Below are positions 26,275-36,712 of a DNA stretch of 41,381 nt, in pieces. The notes under the pieces were generated by a model. That model was not told the DNA's origin, made no database searches, and saw only the letters and a program-made list of their open reading frames with translations. How positions within the stretch are numbered: position 1 is the stretch's first letter; each line of letters opens with the position of its first letter. The DNA is from a virus (lineage: Duplodnaviria; Caudoviricetes), in the IMG/VR virus record IMGVR_UViG_3300022178_000578, positions 1-41,381 of that record. One strand, 5' to 3'. Both the position numbers and the translations under genes were made by a program.

Positions 26275-27981
26275 TTAGTTTCCAGGTTGGGAACTGATAT
26301 TGGCGAGGCTACCCATAAGGCTAGCAAAAGACTTCCTATACTGTGCATCTGCTTGACTCCCTGTAATAATATCTCCATAAGTATTTCTCATAAAGTCATT
26401 GAAACTGTTAGCCATAGCTGCATCTACATTTACTTCTCCTTCTAATTGACTAGGAGTAAATTGTGAACTCATACCAAGACCAGCATACTTTCTTCTTTTT
26501 CTTGCATCTTCTAGTTCAAGTTGCATGTTCCTTTGTCTTATATCAAAGTTTTGTTTTTGTAATGAATAGTCTTGTTTAGACCACCAATCAAAGTATTGTT
26601 GCAACTCTCCATCAGATGCAGGTCTACCTAAACCTTCTGTTATTGCATTTGATATTACATTTGTTGCATTTGAAAAGTTTGGTTTAGTATATTGAAATAT
26701 ATTCTGGTATGCGTTTTCTCCACCAAAGCCAGGTTCGAAAGCACCAGTACCATAACCGTAGTCTGATAAAGTATCTTTAAAGTTTTCTTTTAAGAATACA
26801 TTCATGTTTGCTGCTGTACTACCAGGTGCCAATAATATACTAAACAAATCCTGCCTAGCCATACCATCACCATTTAAATTAAACCTTGACATAGCTGACT
26901 CTATAGCTTCTATTGTTCCACCTGGATTGTTATCTAGCACTCCATAAACAAAAGTAAATGGTTGTAAAAATCCTGATTCAACTAACAACAACTGAGTATC
27001 CATTATGTCTTCAGGTGATGCATTAGCAAACAAAGAAGTACCTAATCCTGTCTGGTATAAAGGCATAGTACCTTGCCCAGTATCTTCGCTATACACATCT
27101 AAATCAAGTTCACCAACACCGTAGTAATCTGTTTCTCCAAAATACTGTTTTGCTCGAATCTGTTCTTGTTGGTCTGGACTTGTTTCTTCTGGTCCAAAAA
27201 TCCCAGCCATAGATGTTGGGTCAGCAATTCCTTTGTTTATAAAGTCTATTACATAGTCTTCACCGTATTCAGCATCTATAATGTTTTCTATTCCAGCTAT
27301 GTACTCTTGTGTAGTTATCTCATCGTTGTCTAGTTTATCTTGTAATTCTTTTGCACTATCAAAATTTATAGCTTCAGCTGCTACTTTTATGTACTCTCCG
27401 TCTTTGGCTTCTTTACCTATCTGTGCTTTGTAGGCTAAGTCAGCTTGGTCTGTATAACCTGCTGATATAGCTGTACCTACTATGTCACTACTTATGTGCT
27501 GTAGTTCTTCTGGCAGTGTACCTTTTTCATGTAAATCAATAAGTACATTAGCGTTTTCTTTTATCTGAGAAGCAGCTTCTGCTGATGTTGGATTATTATA
27601 TGCTAATGATTCATAAGTAAAATTAATTGCGTCTTGCATATTTGGTGGCATCTCGTCCCAAGGTATACCATAAACAGCTTCAGCGTATAGATGATACTCA
27701 GCTAAACTTATATCAGGTGAATCAAATGTACCTTCTGGTTCCATTCCACCACTTGTTCTTGCACCTAAATAATTTTTAACATTAGTTGCAAATTGTCTTA
27801 CAAACTGGTCATTTCCTAAAAAGAATATACTTAGAAAATCATTAAACTTTTCGTCATCAAAATCTTTTGATTGAAAACCATCTCTTGTTGCACCAAATGT
27901 AAATCGACCATAGCCGACTTCTACTTTAGGACCACCTAAAATATCATCAATAACTGATTGCTCTTCTTCTGTATACGCCAT
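26275..27981 (-). CDS. Probable internal virion protein with possible peptidoglycan-binding motif
   Basis: DIMDTQLLLVESGFL...G....GTIEAI resembles PG_binding_1. Confidence 0.6.
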   Translation of the reverse strand: MAYTEEEQSVIDDILGGPKVEVGYGRFTFGATRDGFQSKDFDDEKFNDFLSIFFLGNDQFVRQFATNVKNYLGARTSGGMEPEGTFDSPDISLAEYHLYAEAVYGIPWDEMPPNMQDAINFTYESLAYNNPTSAEAASQIKENANVLIDLHEKGTLPEELQHISSDIVGTAISAGYTDQADLAYKAQIGKEAKDGEYIKVAAEAINFDSAKELQDKLDNDEITTQEYIAGIENIIDAEYGEDYVIDFINKGIADPTSMAGIFGPEETSPDQQEQIRAKQYFGETDYYGVGELDLDVYSEDTGQGTMPLYQTGLGTSLFANASPEDIMDTQLLLVESGFLQPFTFVYGVLDNNPGGTIEAIESAMSRFNLNGDGMARQDLFSILLAPGSTAANMNVFLKENFKDTLSDYGYGTGAFEPGFGGENAYQNIFQYTKPNFSNATNVISNAITEGLGRPASDGELQQYFDWWSKQDYSLQKQNFDIRQRNMQLELEDARKRRKYAGLGMSSQFTPSQLEGEVNVDAAMANSFNDFMRNTYGDIITGSQADAQYRKSFASLMGSLANISSQPGN

Positions 27982-30900
27982 TAAATATCTCCTCCATAGT
28001 AACTTACTTCTTCTTCTATCTCTACTCTGAATACATCAAAGTACATAAAGTAAAAGTCTGGATTTTCTAACATTACTTTGTTTGCTACTCCTCGAAGATA
28101 AGCTCTAGATTCTTTAGCTTCTGCTCTACTTAATGTAGCATTTAATCCATACTCTGATTTTATTACATTCAATACCCTTTGTCTTGCTGTTAAGTATTTA
28201 ATGATTCCTTTCATTGCTGACATATCTTTTAACTTCTGAGTAGTACCATCAGGCATTGTTATGGAAGTATCGCCTTCTCTTTGTATCATTTCAGTAAGTT
28301 GTTTTATTTTTGCATCAGTAGATAACGAACGTGGTGCTGTTGATGTATCTCCATATCCTTGAAACTGTTGTTGTAGTTGTAGTCTTATTAGATATAGTTG
28401 TTCTACTCTTTTCTGATATGGCAAGTTTGCATACATAGGTCCGTCCATTATTACTCTTCTAGCATGTTCATAAGCCAAACTTCCTTGTGCTTGTCTTACA
28501 GCTTGTTTATATTCTTCAGGACTAAGGTTAACTCTATCTCCATCAGTGAATGCATTATTCCATGCTTGAAAATTAAATTCATCTAAAGGACTATCTGGAT
28601 ACATGTAATATGCAACATCAGGGTATTCTTTAAATACAGTTTCATTAAGTTGTTTAAAGTATCCTCCATCATCTGTAAAAGAAACTTTCTTAATTTGTTT
28701 TGACTTAGAAGTCAATAAAGCTGTAGGGTCAAAACCAAATACCTTGATAAACTGTGCTATTGCAATAACTCTATCTCCACCTGACTTAGCTAACATCTGA
28801 TAATATGCATCAGCTAATAGTGTTTGTGCAAAGTATTTACCTTCTGGGTCTTCTTCTTTTGCTTCTATTGGGTCTAGATAAGCTCTACCACCTGGTCCAA
28901 TTTCATAATCGTATTGCAATATAGCACCAGTAGGAGCTATGAATTGTATAAACGCTCTATGTAAAAGACTTTGTGTAGCTAATTTTTTTGCTTTTTCTAA
29001 TGAAGCTACTTCTTGTTCTGGTGTAGAGTCATCATAAGACTGTGTCATAAACATAGCTCTTTGAATTTCTTTTACAGTATTAGCATAACTTCTTTGAAAC
29101 TCAGCATCCATTGAGTCACCAGCTATAATGACTTTTCTAAACCAACTAGGCATAGCTTGTTTAGCATAGTATATAGGGTTTGCCATTTCTTTTAATCCGT
29201 CTTCTGGTCTGCCGTATGGAAAGAAAACTTTATCTACATCAGGAGTAGAAGGTAAAATAGCACTAGCAGGTATCTGTGCCAATGGTCCTAAGCCAGGTAC
29301 AATGTCTCCTGCTACCATATTTAAGCCACCAGCATATCCTCTTAACTTAGTATTAATATCAGGTATCTCTGTAGTTTGTTGACCAGTTATAGGATTAATT
29401 CCTGCTTCATCACCTTCAGGATTTTTAAGACTGTTATCAATATTAAATATATTTTCAAACCAGTTCATGTTATACATCTCTTCACCAGACTGTGGGTCAG
29501 TTGTAAAGAATCCTTCGTCTTCGTACTCACCAAACAAACTAGGTTTACGCATAGCTTCTATACTTCTTTGTGCTTTTCTACCAAATAAAGTCTTTTGACC
29601 TCTAAGTAATCTTGTCCAAGTACCAGCAATTTCAAGATATACTTCTGCGAAAGGCATAGCTAGTCTTACCATGTCTGTAATAACATGTCGTTTATTTAAA
29701 TCGTACAGTAAATCTTTTGTTTCTGTTAGAGCAAATGCTTTGGCTAAGTCATCAACTTGTCTTAAATCATCTACTCCTAGTAATTTAGATACATCTGCCT
29801 GTTTCATATTCTCTAAACTCTTTATATATTTTCTAGCTCTACTGCCTGGTAATGAATTACCCATCATCTTTTTTGCCTGACCTAATACCTGTACTCTTGC
29901 AACGTCATCTAGATTTGCATACATGTTTTCCATAAACTTCCAATAAAATTGTCTAAATGCTGGTGAACGTGATAAATCATTTGTAGTTGAACCCATTAAT
30001 CCTGAGAACAATGTTTCTAAAACTTTGTCATATCCACTTGCAAAGTCACCTGTTGTGTCAGTTCTTGATGCTTTAAAGTGATGTGTGTCACTCCATACTC
30101 CACTTTTATTTTTTTGTAACCATGCTCTATATTGTTTATGTTGCGACTCTGACATCTCTCTAGTAAATTTAATGTTCTGCGTTTCTCCAGCTTTATTAGT
30201 TATAGATACAAATTCATTAGATTCTTTAGCAATGTGACTAATTAGTTCTTCATCTCCAGCTTGTATAATGGTATATTCAATAATATTGTTTTCACTTTGT
30301 ATGTTAGGTTTAATAGAGTTTTCATCCCAAACATTTCCTACAAATTTACCATCAGGTGTTTTCTCTACAGCTCTATACCTACCACCAGTTTTATCATGTA
30401 GTCTGGCAACAATAGAATCTATATAAGAATCTGCATGTACTTTACTACTTGTTATTAAGTTTTTAGTATATTTTGATTGTTCATCAGAATTAGAAACAAA
30501 CGATTTTCTCCATTGACTTAAATCACCATCCCAAAATCTTTTTTTGACTTCATCAATTTGTCTATTAAATTCTTCTCTACCTCTTACAGGATTGAACTCT
30601 ACTCTTGCTATAGCTGTAGCTAATGGGTCATCTGCTAGTTGTAATAACTCCTTAGCACCAGCACCATAGAATCTTTTGTCACCTTTAGTTACTTGTGTAA
30701 AACCTCTAGCTCTCTTTGGGTCAAAGCCAAGAGTCATACCCCCATGAGATTGCGTTAGGGCTTGTTGATGTCGCATAGCAAGTTCTAATGATTCATCAAA
30801 TATATCTGTACCACCTCTACCTAGATTCAAGGTATCAGCTAAGTAATCATCTCTTAATAGTTTTCTTTGGTCTTTAAGAATACCTGCTCTTTGTGATGGC

Positions 30901-33900
30901 TTTCTACCTAGAACCCAAGCAAATGCAGAAAGAGGGTGAGCAAATGCGTTATCTAAATCTGCTGCCCACATACGCAGTTGTTCTTCACCTACAACTCTTA
31001 CAACCCATGCAGGTCTTAAAAGAATACTAGGTTTCCATATACGTTGCATGTATCCATCACCTACCATTGTAAGTAATCCTTCAGTAAGGTTTACTATTTC
31101 TTCGTCATCTGCAGTTTTCTTTACATTTACTCTTGATTTTTTAACAAGTAGTTTTAAACTTTCAAAGAAAGTTCTATCATCTTTTAAAGCTAACTCAGCT
31201 AAATCTGTTATTGGTTTTGCTAATAGTCTTTCATAATCAGCATCATTTAAATTTTTACCTCTACCAGTTAGTCTTAAACCTAAATCTCTCATAGGTCTAA
31301 AGACTCTTATAAACAATCTTGCATCAGGCATTGGTATATGACCTTGGTCATAATATTCAGATATTAAATGTGCTGTTGCTTTAGGAACTTTATTTACTTG
31401 TACTCTTTTAGCTAAGTCTTTATTGTTTGCTATTTCATCTGAAATATCTTCAACTAAACTTCTTAGTTCTTTAGCTGAATATACTGATTCTTCACCAGGT
31501 TTTATATTGTTGATAGCATCATCAATTGCAGTCTTTACATTACCTAATGTTATGTTCGGCTTAAATACTTTTTGTACAAAGAATATATCTTCCATAGCTG
31601 TTTTAAGCAATGCTTCTTCTGCACCAGTAAATTTACTAGGACCAGAAACATTAAGTGATTTTACATTATTAATTTCTGCAAACCTTTGTATTTCTTCTGA
31701 TTGTTTTTTTGTAAGACCTTTTGATAAATCAACTACAGCATAAGGTTTATGTCCTTGATATACACCTGGTTTTAATCCTTTAATACCTTCTTCAATAACA
31801 TGAGTACCTTTTTCCAAGTAGTTAATAACTTGTTTAATACCTTGACCACCTTTATTAGCACCAGTAAATATAATTGTCATATCAGCATTGTCTAAGTTGT
31901 ATCTAGATACTCTACTTATTTCTTGTTTGTCTAGTTTCATTGTTGCAAAATCTTGGTCCCAAAAGTCTTTGTCATAAATCTTTTTCTTATCTAGTTCTGA
32001 TAAACCTTTAAAGGCAGGGACAACATCATTAACTTGATTTGTCAAGTCACCTATTTGTTTGTCTATAGCTGTTCTATCAGTAAGGGCATTAGATAATTCA
32101 TCTTTAGTAGATTTAACTGCTTCATCTAATTGTTGTGCAATTGCGTCTTTAGCTTCTGCTGTAGTTGTACCAGGAAATTCTTTTTTATATTTTGTAACAT
32201 TTTCTGAATTTGGTTTATATTGTTTACTTATCTCATCAACTTGTGTTTTTAAAGAAGTAATTTTTTCTGTTATGTTTCTTGTTTTACTTTCTAACCCATC
32301 AAGTGTTTGTATCTTTGTATTAGTTTTAAGTCTTATTCTTCTAGGTAGCTTTGCAACTTCTTCACCTACTTCTTCTAATGCACTTTGTCTAGCGAGAGAA
32401 AGGTTTTTTAATTGTGCAGCTTTATCTGTATCTGACATATCTGTCAAACCTAATTCTTTCATTCTTTGTGAAACATCAGTACCAGACTTACCTCTAAAAC
32501 CATAAGGCACACGACCACCTGTTTGTATACCTATTTCTTCTGCTATGTCTAATGCAGCTTTCTCAACACCTTCATAGTATCCACCTGTAACGTACTCTAC
32601 TAATGCTCTATCTTCTGGTGTAGTAATATTTCCTGCTATCTCTTTAATGTCACTTAGTATTCCATCTAGCTCATTAGTATCTACTTGATTTGATTTTTTG
32701 TACTTAGCTAATACTTTAGATACAATTCCTAAAGCCTCATCATCAGTAAGTTGTTCAGAAAAATATGTATCAAAAGGTAAATCTTCTATCTTGCTACCTG
32801 GAAAGTATTCAAGTTCTCCAAGTTGGTTTGTAAAATACATTCTAGTTTCATCAATACTTGCCATCCATTTGCTTATGCCTTTTTGTAATTCTTTAGGCAA
32901 ACCTATATTTTCAAATTTTTCACCAATATGTTTTTGTACATCATTCCATATATCTAAAATGTCATTCATGTTTCTTACACCTTGTGCTCTATCTACGGTA
33001 TCTATACCTTTTTGTGTAAGAGCTAGGTCTGCTATTCTATCTAAAGCAGGTTCTGCTATTGCATCATCTACTCTCGCATATCTCATCCAATCTTGTAAAT
33101 CAAAAAACGACTGATTAAAGTCATTGACATAAAGTTTTGGTGCAGGAAATGTTTCAAACAATCTACCTACAGCAGTGTTATTTAAATTTTGTCGTATAGC
33201 CCCAGACAAGCCTACGGCTTCTCCTAGTTCTCCACCGACCATACCACCTAATTTAGATGACACCTTGCCTCTGAATATCATAGATGTTGGGTTTAGTTTC
33301 TTAGTAATCTCTCCTGCTTCTATTGCACCAACTAATAAATCTTCTACATCTTTAGTTGTCTTAGCTTGTTTAATATTTCTATGTAATACAGCATCAGCAC
33401 CACTACTACCTCTTTTACCTAGTAATCTTTTTATAGTTCCATAATCATCTGCTTTGACTAATTGATTAACAATCTTTCTACCTCCAGCAGTTCTTGTTAC
33501 ATACTCAATAGCAGAAGGAACATGTACTGTTTTTCTTACAGCTTTGTCTATTATTCCAGCACCTTTTAAAACATCACCTTGTGATAATGACCTAGTAACC
33601 TTGCCACCTTTTGACAAATAACCACCAACTAATATTGTTGGGTCAGCTAGCAATGTAAATGCACCATCAACAATACCTGTTGCTACATTGTATGACCTTG
33701 AACCAGGTTCTAGTACATTAGCAAACATAGGGGCTGCAGGTGTTAATTTAACCGTACCATTCTTAGATTGTATAGTTAGTCCTTCGTCTCTAGATTGTTC
33801 TTGATTAGTTATATCTTCACCGTAATAAGACTGAACTATCTTCTTTACTTCTTCTGGGTCAGCACCTCTACCAACCATTTCTTTATATATATCAGTATTC

Positions 33901-34481
33901 TCTGCTAATGTAGAGTTACCAAAAAATCCTTCACCTAGGTTTACCTTTTCACCTGCAAGAGATTTCTTTATTGCATCTCTACCAACAGAAGGACCTAACA
34001 TTTGTCTAGTCTTTTGCCATTCGCTCTGTGCTTGTTTGTCAAATAATAAAGAAGATGCAGCTGCAACAAAACCTTGACCGTCACCATGCTTTCTATCATT
34101 AAGATATTTTTGTGTAGCTAACATAGGTTTCTTTACTAACTCATCTTGAAACGAATCAAAACCAACAAATGCGGTTCTTACAGCACCTTTACCTGCATTC
34201 TTAGTTCTATCCCACCAAGTCTTTTCTACATCTAACCAACGCTCTACTAAAGGAGCTAACTCTGGAGATTCTGTAGTAAGTCCCATCAAAGCAGAACCAA
34301 TCAATATATCTTTAGGTAGATAAAAGTTTTCTGAAATAAGTCCTTTGAGGTTTGCAGCAATACCAGGATTAGATTCTAAAGCAGTAACAAGTTGTTCAGC
34401 TTGTACAAATCTTTCTTTTTGAGTTTCTTCTTCTAAATTCTCTGTGTGAGGAGGTTGCCACCACCATCTAATTTCTGCCAT
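27981..34481 (-). CDS. Giant probable ejection (polyvalent) protein containing a split cpYpsA/SLOG domain
   Basis: 2166 aa; motifs TGGYYEGVEKAALD, TGGRVPYGF, NLDNADMTIIF, KPYAVVDL, LNVSGP. Confidence 0.75.
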   Translation of the reverse strand: MAEIRWWWQPPHTENLEEETQKERFVQAEQLVTALESNPGIAANLKGLISENFYLPKDILIGSALMGLTTESPELAPLVERWLDVEKTWWDRTKNAGKGAVRTAFVGFDSFQDELVKKPMLATQKYLNDRKHGDGQGFVAAASSLLFDKQAQSEWQKTRQMLGPSVGRDAIKKSLAGEKVNLGEGFFGNSTLAENTDIYKEMVGRGADPEEVKKIVQSYYGEDITNQEQSRDEGLTIQSKNGTVKLTPAAPMFANVLEPGSRSYNVATGIVDGAFTLLADPTILVGGYLSKGGKVTRSLSQGDVLKGAGIIDKAVRKTVHVPSAIEYVTRTAGGRKIVNQLVKADDYGTIKRLLGKRGSSGADAVLHRNIKQAKTTKDVEDLLVGAIEAGEITKKLNPTSMIFRGKVSSKLGGMVGGELGEAVGLSGAIRQNLNNTAVGRLFETFPAPKLYVNDFNQSFFDLQDWMRYARVDDAIAEPALDRIADLALTQKGIDTVDRAQGVRNMNDILDIWNDVQKHIGEKFENIGLPKELQKGISKWMASIDETRMYFTNQLGELEYFPGSKIEDLPFDTYFSEQLTDDEALGIVSKVLAKYKKSNQVDTNELDGILSDIKEIAGNITTPEDRALVEYVTGGYYEGVEKAALDIAEEIGIQTGGRVPYGFRGKSGTDVSQRMKELGLTDMSDTDKAAQLKNLSLARQSALEEVGEEVAKLPRRIRLKTNTKIQTLDGLESKTRNITEKITSLKTQVDEISKQYKPNSENVTKYKKEFPGTTTAEAKDAIAQQLDEAVKSTKDELSNALTDRTAIDKQIGDLTNQVNDVVPAFKGLSELDKKKIYDKDFWDQDFATMKLDKQEISRVSRYNLDNADMTIIFTGANKGGQGIKQVINYLEKGTHVIEEGIKGLKPGVYQGHKPYAVVDLSKGLTKKQSEEIQRFAEINNVKSLNVSGPSKFTGAEEALLKTAMEDIFFVQKVFKPNITLGNVKTAIDDAINNIKPGEESVYSAKELRSLVEDISDEIANNKDLAKRVQVNKVPKATAHLISEYYDQGHIPMPDARLFIRVFRPMRDLGLRLTGRGKNLNDADYERLLAKPITDLAELALKDDRTFFESLKLLVKKSRVNVKKTADDEEIVNLTEGLLTMVGDGYMQRIWKPSILLRPAWVVRVVGEEQLRMWAADLDNAFAHPLSAFAWVLGRKPSQRAGILKDQRKLLRDDYLADTLNLGRGGTDIFDESLELAMRHQQALTQSHGGMTLGFDPKRARGFTQVTKGDKRFYGAGAKELLQLADDPLATAIARVEFNPVRGREEFNRQIDEVKKRFWDGDLSQWRKSFVSNSDEQSKYTKNLITSSKVHADSYIDSIVARLHDKTGGRYRAVEKTPDGKFVGNVWDENSIKPNIQSENNIIEYTIIQAGDEELISHIAKESNEFVSITNKAGETQNIKFTREMSESQHKQYRAWLQKNKSGVWSDTHHFKASRTDTTGDFASGYDKVLETLFSGLMGSTTNDLSRSPAFRQFYWKFMENMYANLDDVARVQVLGQAKKMMGNSLPGSRARKYIKSLENMKQADVSKLLGVDDLRQVDDLAKAFALTETKDLLYDLNKRHVITDMVRLAMPFAEVYLEIAGTWTRLLRGQKTLFGRKAQRSIEAMRKPSLFGEYEDEGFFTTDPQSGEEMYNMNWFENIFNIDNSLKNPEGDEAGINPITGQQTTEIPDINTKLRGYAGGLNMVAGDIVPGLGPLAQIPASAILPSTPDVDKVFFPYGRPEDGLKEMANPIYYAKQAMPSWFRKVIIAGDSMDAEFQRSYANTVKEIQRAMFMTQSYDDSTPEQEVASLEKAKKLATQSLLHRAFIQFIAPTGAILQYDYEIGPGGRAYLDPIEAKEEDPEGKYFAQTLLADAYYQMLAKSGGDRVIAIAQFIKVFGFDPTALLTSKSKQIKKVSFTDDGGYFKQLNETVFKEYPDVAYYMYPDSPLDEFNFQAWNNAFTDGDRVNLSPEEYKQAVRQAQGSLAYEHARRVIMDGPMYANLPYQKRVEQLYLIRLQLQQQFQGYGDTSTAPRSLSTDAKIKQLTEMIQREGDTSITMPDGTTQKLKDMSAMKGIIKYLTARQRVLNVIKSEYGLNATLSRAEAKESRAYLRGVANKVMLENPDFYFMYFDVFRVEIEEEVSYYGGDI

Positions 34482-34489
34482 TAGAACTC

Positions 34490-34810
34490 CTAACGATTGA
34501 ATTTCATTAAAGCTGCTATTTCTTTACTAGGTAAAACTTGATACATGCCTTGCAATATCATATCAGGGTCCATACCTGACATCATTGGTTGCTGTGCAAG
34601 TGTTTCTTGTGATTCAAAAGGTCTATCTGTAAACCTAGTTACATCTTGTATAGCACCTGGGTTAGGTCCTATAGCTTGTGGTGCAACTTCTGTTTCAACA
34701 ACTCTGGTGTCTTGACCAGCCATCATTGCAGCATTTTCTAAATCAGCTAACTCTGTAGCTTCACCTTTAAAGTTTTCGGCTTTATACTTACCTTTAACTC
34801 CTCTACCCAT
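34490..34810 (-). CDS. Hypothetical virion-associated protein
   Basis: AAGGAG SD favours ATG 34810 (MGRGVK); position after the portal. Confidence 0.7.
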   Translation of the reverse strand: MGRGVKGKYKAENFKGEATELADLENAAMMAGQDTRVVETEVAPQAIGPNPGAIQDVTRFTDRPFESQETLAQQPMMSGMDPDMILQGMYQVLPSKEIAALMKFNR

Positions 34811-34982
34811 AAAATTCATCTCCTTCTGGAATAATCAACATATCTAGTCTGCCTACTCCAGGTATGTACGCTAAAGTAATATGACTAATTGGTGTTTCGT
34901 TTATTTCTGTTTCTGCTGGTGGAGTATATTCTGGAAAGTTTCTTGCTACTATTTCAGCAAATTGCAAGTAATCATTCTCCAT
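34803..34982 (-). CDS. 59-aa protein (not in ORF track)
   Basis: MENDYLQFAEIVARNFP...PGVGRLDMLIIPEGDEFYG; TAATG coupled to the portal stop. Confidence 0.75.
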   Translation of the reverse strand: MENDYLQFAEIVARNFPEYTPPAETEINETPISHITLAYIPGVGRLDMLIIPEGDEFYG

Positions 34983-36712
34983 TACCCACCACCTAACAAT
35001 GCACCTAGATTAGGAGGTCCACCCTGTTGTACTGCTTGTGCTTGTTGTGCTTGTTGCAACATAGCTTGTTCTTCTGGAGAAGGTTCTTCACCTACTGCTG
35101 AAAAGAATTTTTCTAATATGCTACCAATGCCTTTAGGATTGTTGTAAATTTCTACAACAGCCATCATTGCTTTAGTATCACCCTGTTGGGATTGTTGCAA
35201 TAACATTTGAAATAATATTTCTTCTGTCTTTTGTTTTGTTATTCTTTCGTTAATTTGTACAATATTATCAAGTCCGTCCATTTCTTGTTGCATTGTTTCT
35301 TTATCTATGATTCCTGCTTGTAACAACTGTAGACCTGTAATTATTTTGTTAGGTGCATCAAAGGAAGCCATAGCACCATATTTTCTTTTTGTATTGTAGT
35401 TAGTATCTATATCTCTATCTGGAGTATAAAACTCTGCAAAAGATGCTCCTTTGTATGTACCTGTCATAGGTTTACGTTTATTACCTAATAAAATCTCATC
35501 CAGTTCAAGACGTTTGGAATCAACTTCTTGTAAAGCATACTCTAAAATCGTATGATATTCAGTAACCATAGCACCAACGCCAGATTCTAATTCTTCTAAA
35601 CCTCTACCTGTTACAAATGAGTTAGGTGAGATTGCATCATCCTGAACTGGATAACCTGCTACCACTCGCAATTGTCTTTCGAGTCGTCCTACAGACTCAA
35701 ATAATTGATACGGCAAGTTAGTAACTGGTTTAACTACTTGTGAACCAGGAGCTAAATAGTTTATAGAATGTCTTCCTTTTCTATATTTACCTGATTCTAT
35801 CTCACCAACAATATTTGTTTCTGTAAAAACTGCATCTTCCATAGCTATAACTGACAAGATGTTTATCTTTGCCATAGCTGCCATTAGACCTACTACTTGG
35901 TCAAACTGACCTTGTAACTTGTCAAAACTAAATCTTTTAGCAACAACAAAAGCAGGTCCTGATTTAAGGACATTTGGAATAAAATCTACAATTTTCTTAG
36001 AAGCTGGGTGTATAACATATGTTCCTTCAGGATTCATATATTCTACAATGACATCTCCGTCATCACTTGAATTACTCCAACTAGCGTCATTATTACCTAA
36101 TCCGTATAAAGCTGCTGGTTGGTTTTGTCTGTCGTTTTCTTTGGTGTCGTTGTACCATCCTTTGAGTTCTGGGTACATTTGCAATAATTCTTTAAGAGGA
36201 ACTGTTTGTACAATAGCTAACTCTTGTGGTTCTTGCATGTTACCTAGATAACCAGGATAACAATCATAAGGATTTCTTAGTTCTGCACAAGGATATATGT
36301 TTCCGTTAGCATCTTTCTTAGATGTTATAACCCATACACAAAATCCATAACCAGGTAGCCATCTTGCTACTTGTGGCATTTGTAAATCAAGTTTTTGCAT
36401 ATTGTCGTATGAAGTAACAATTCTTTCTATTTTTTCTTTTTTAGCTTTGTTACGACTACTGTCTCTTGCATTAGTTATCTGTACATCTAACGAAGGGGTT
36501 TTGCCAATCTTTTGTGCTAATCTATCTAAAGCAGATAACATTAAGTTAGGTGCAGGTAAAGTCCCACTATCTACATTTTCAGTACCCAGTAATTCTGCTA
36601 TTCCCTCTTCACCACCATTAAGAATGCTTTTAAATCTGTGCCTGTCAGGTAATGCATCTCTGTGCATATTCCTTAAATGTACTGCTCTGTCTAAAATTTG
36701 GTCAGGTGTCAT
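34982..36712 (-). CDS. Portal protein
   Basis: 576 aa directly after the terminase; Gln-rich C-terminus as in P22-like portals. Confidence 0.85.
   Translation of the reverse strand: MTPDQILDRAVHLRNMHRDALPDRHRFKSILNGGEEGIAELLGTENVDSGTLPAPNLMLSALDRLAQKIGKTPSLDVQITNARDSSRNKAKKEKIERIVTSYDNMQKLDLQMPQVARWLPGYGFCVWVITSKKDANGNIYPCAELRNPYDCYPGYLGNMQEPQELAIVQTVPLKELLQMYPELKGWYNDTKENDRQNQPAALYGLGNNDASWSNSSDDGDVIVEYMNPEGTYVIHPASKKIVDFIPNVLKSGPAFVVAKRFSFDKLQGQFDQVVGLMAAMAKINILSVIAMEDAVFTETNIVGEIESGKYRKGRHSINYLAPGSQVVKPVTNLPYQLFESVGRLERQLRVVAGYPVQDDAISPNSFVTGRGLEELESGVGAMVTEYHTILEYALQEVDSKRLELDEILLGNKRKPMTGTYKGASFAEFYTPDRDIDTNYNTKRKYGAMASFDAPNKIITGLQLLQAGIIDKETMQQEMDGLDNIVQINERITKQKTEEILFQMLLQQSQQGDTKAMMAVVEIYNNPKGIGSILEKFFSAVGEEPSPEEQAMLQQAQQAQAVQQGGPPNLGALLGGG

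Noticed and set aside
26274-26378. Hydrophobic N-terminal extension (signal/SAR-like) of the lysozyme in the ORF track
   Set aside because: It overlaps the upstream gene by about 100 nt; ATG 26273 directly after the upstream stop fits the coupling pattern better.
27981-34481. Tape measure protein or virion RNA polymerase
   Set aside because: No tail tube or tail chaperone genes were recognised and no polymerase catalytic motif was seen; an ejection protein fits better.
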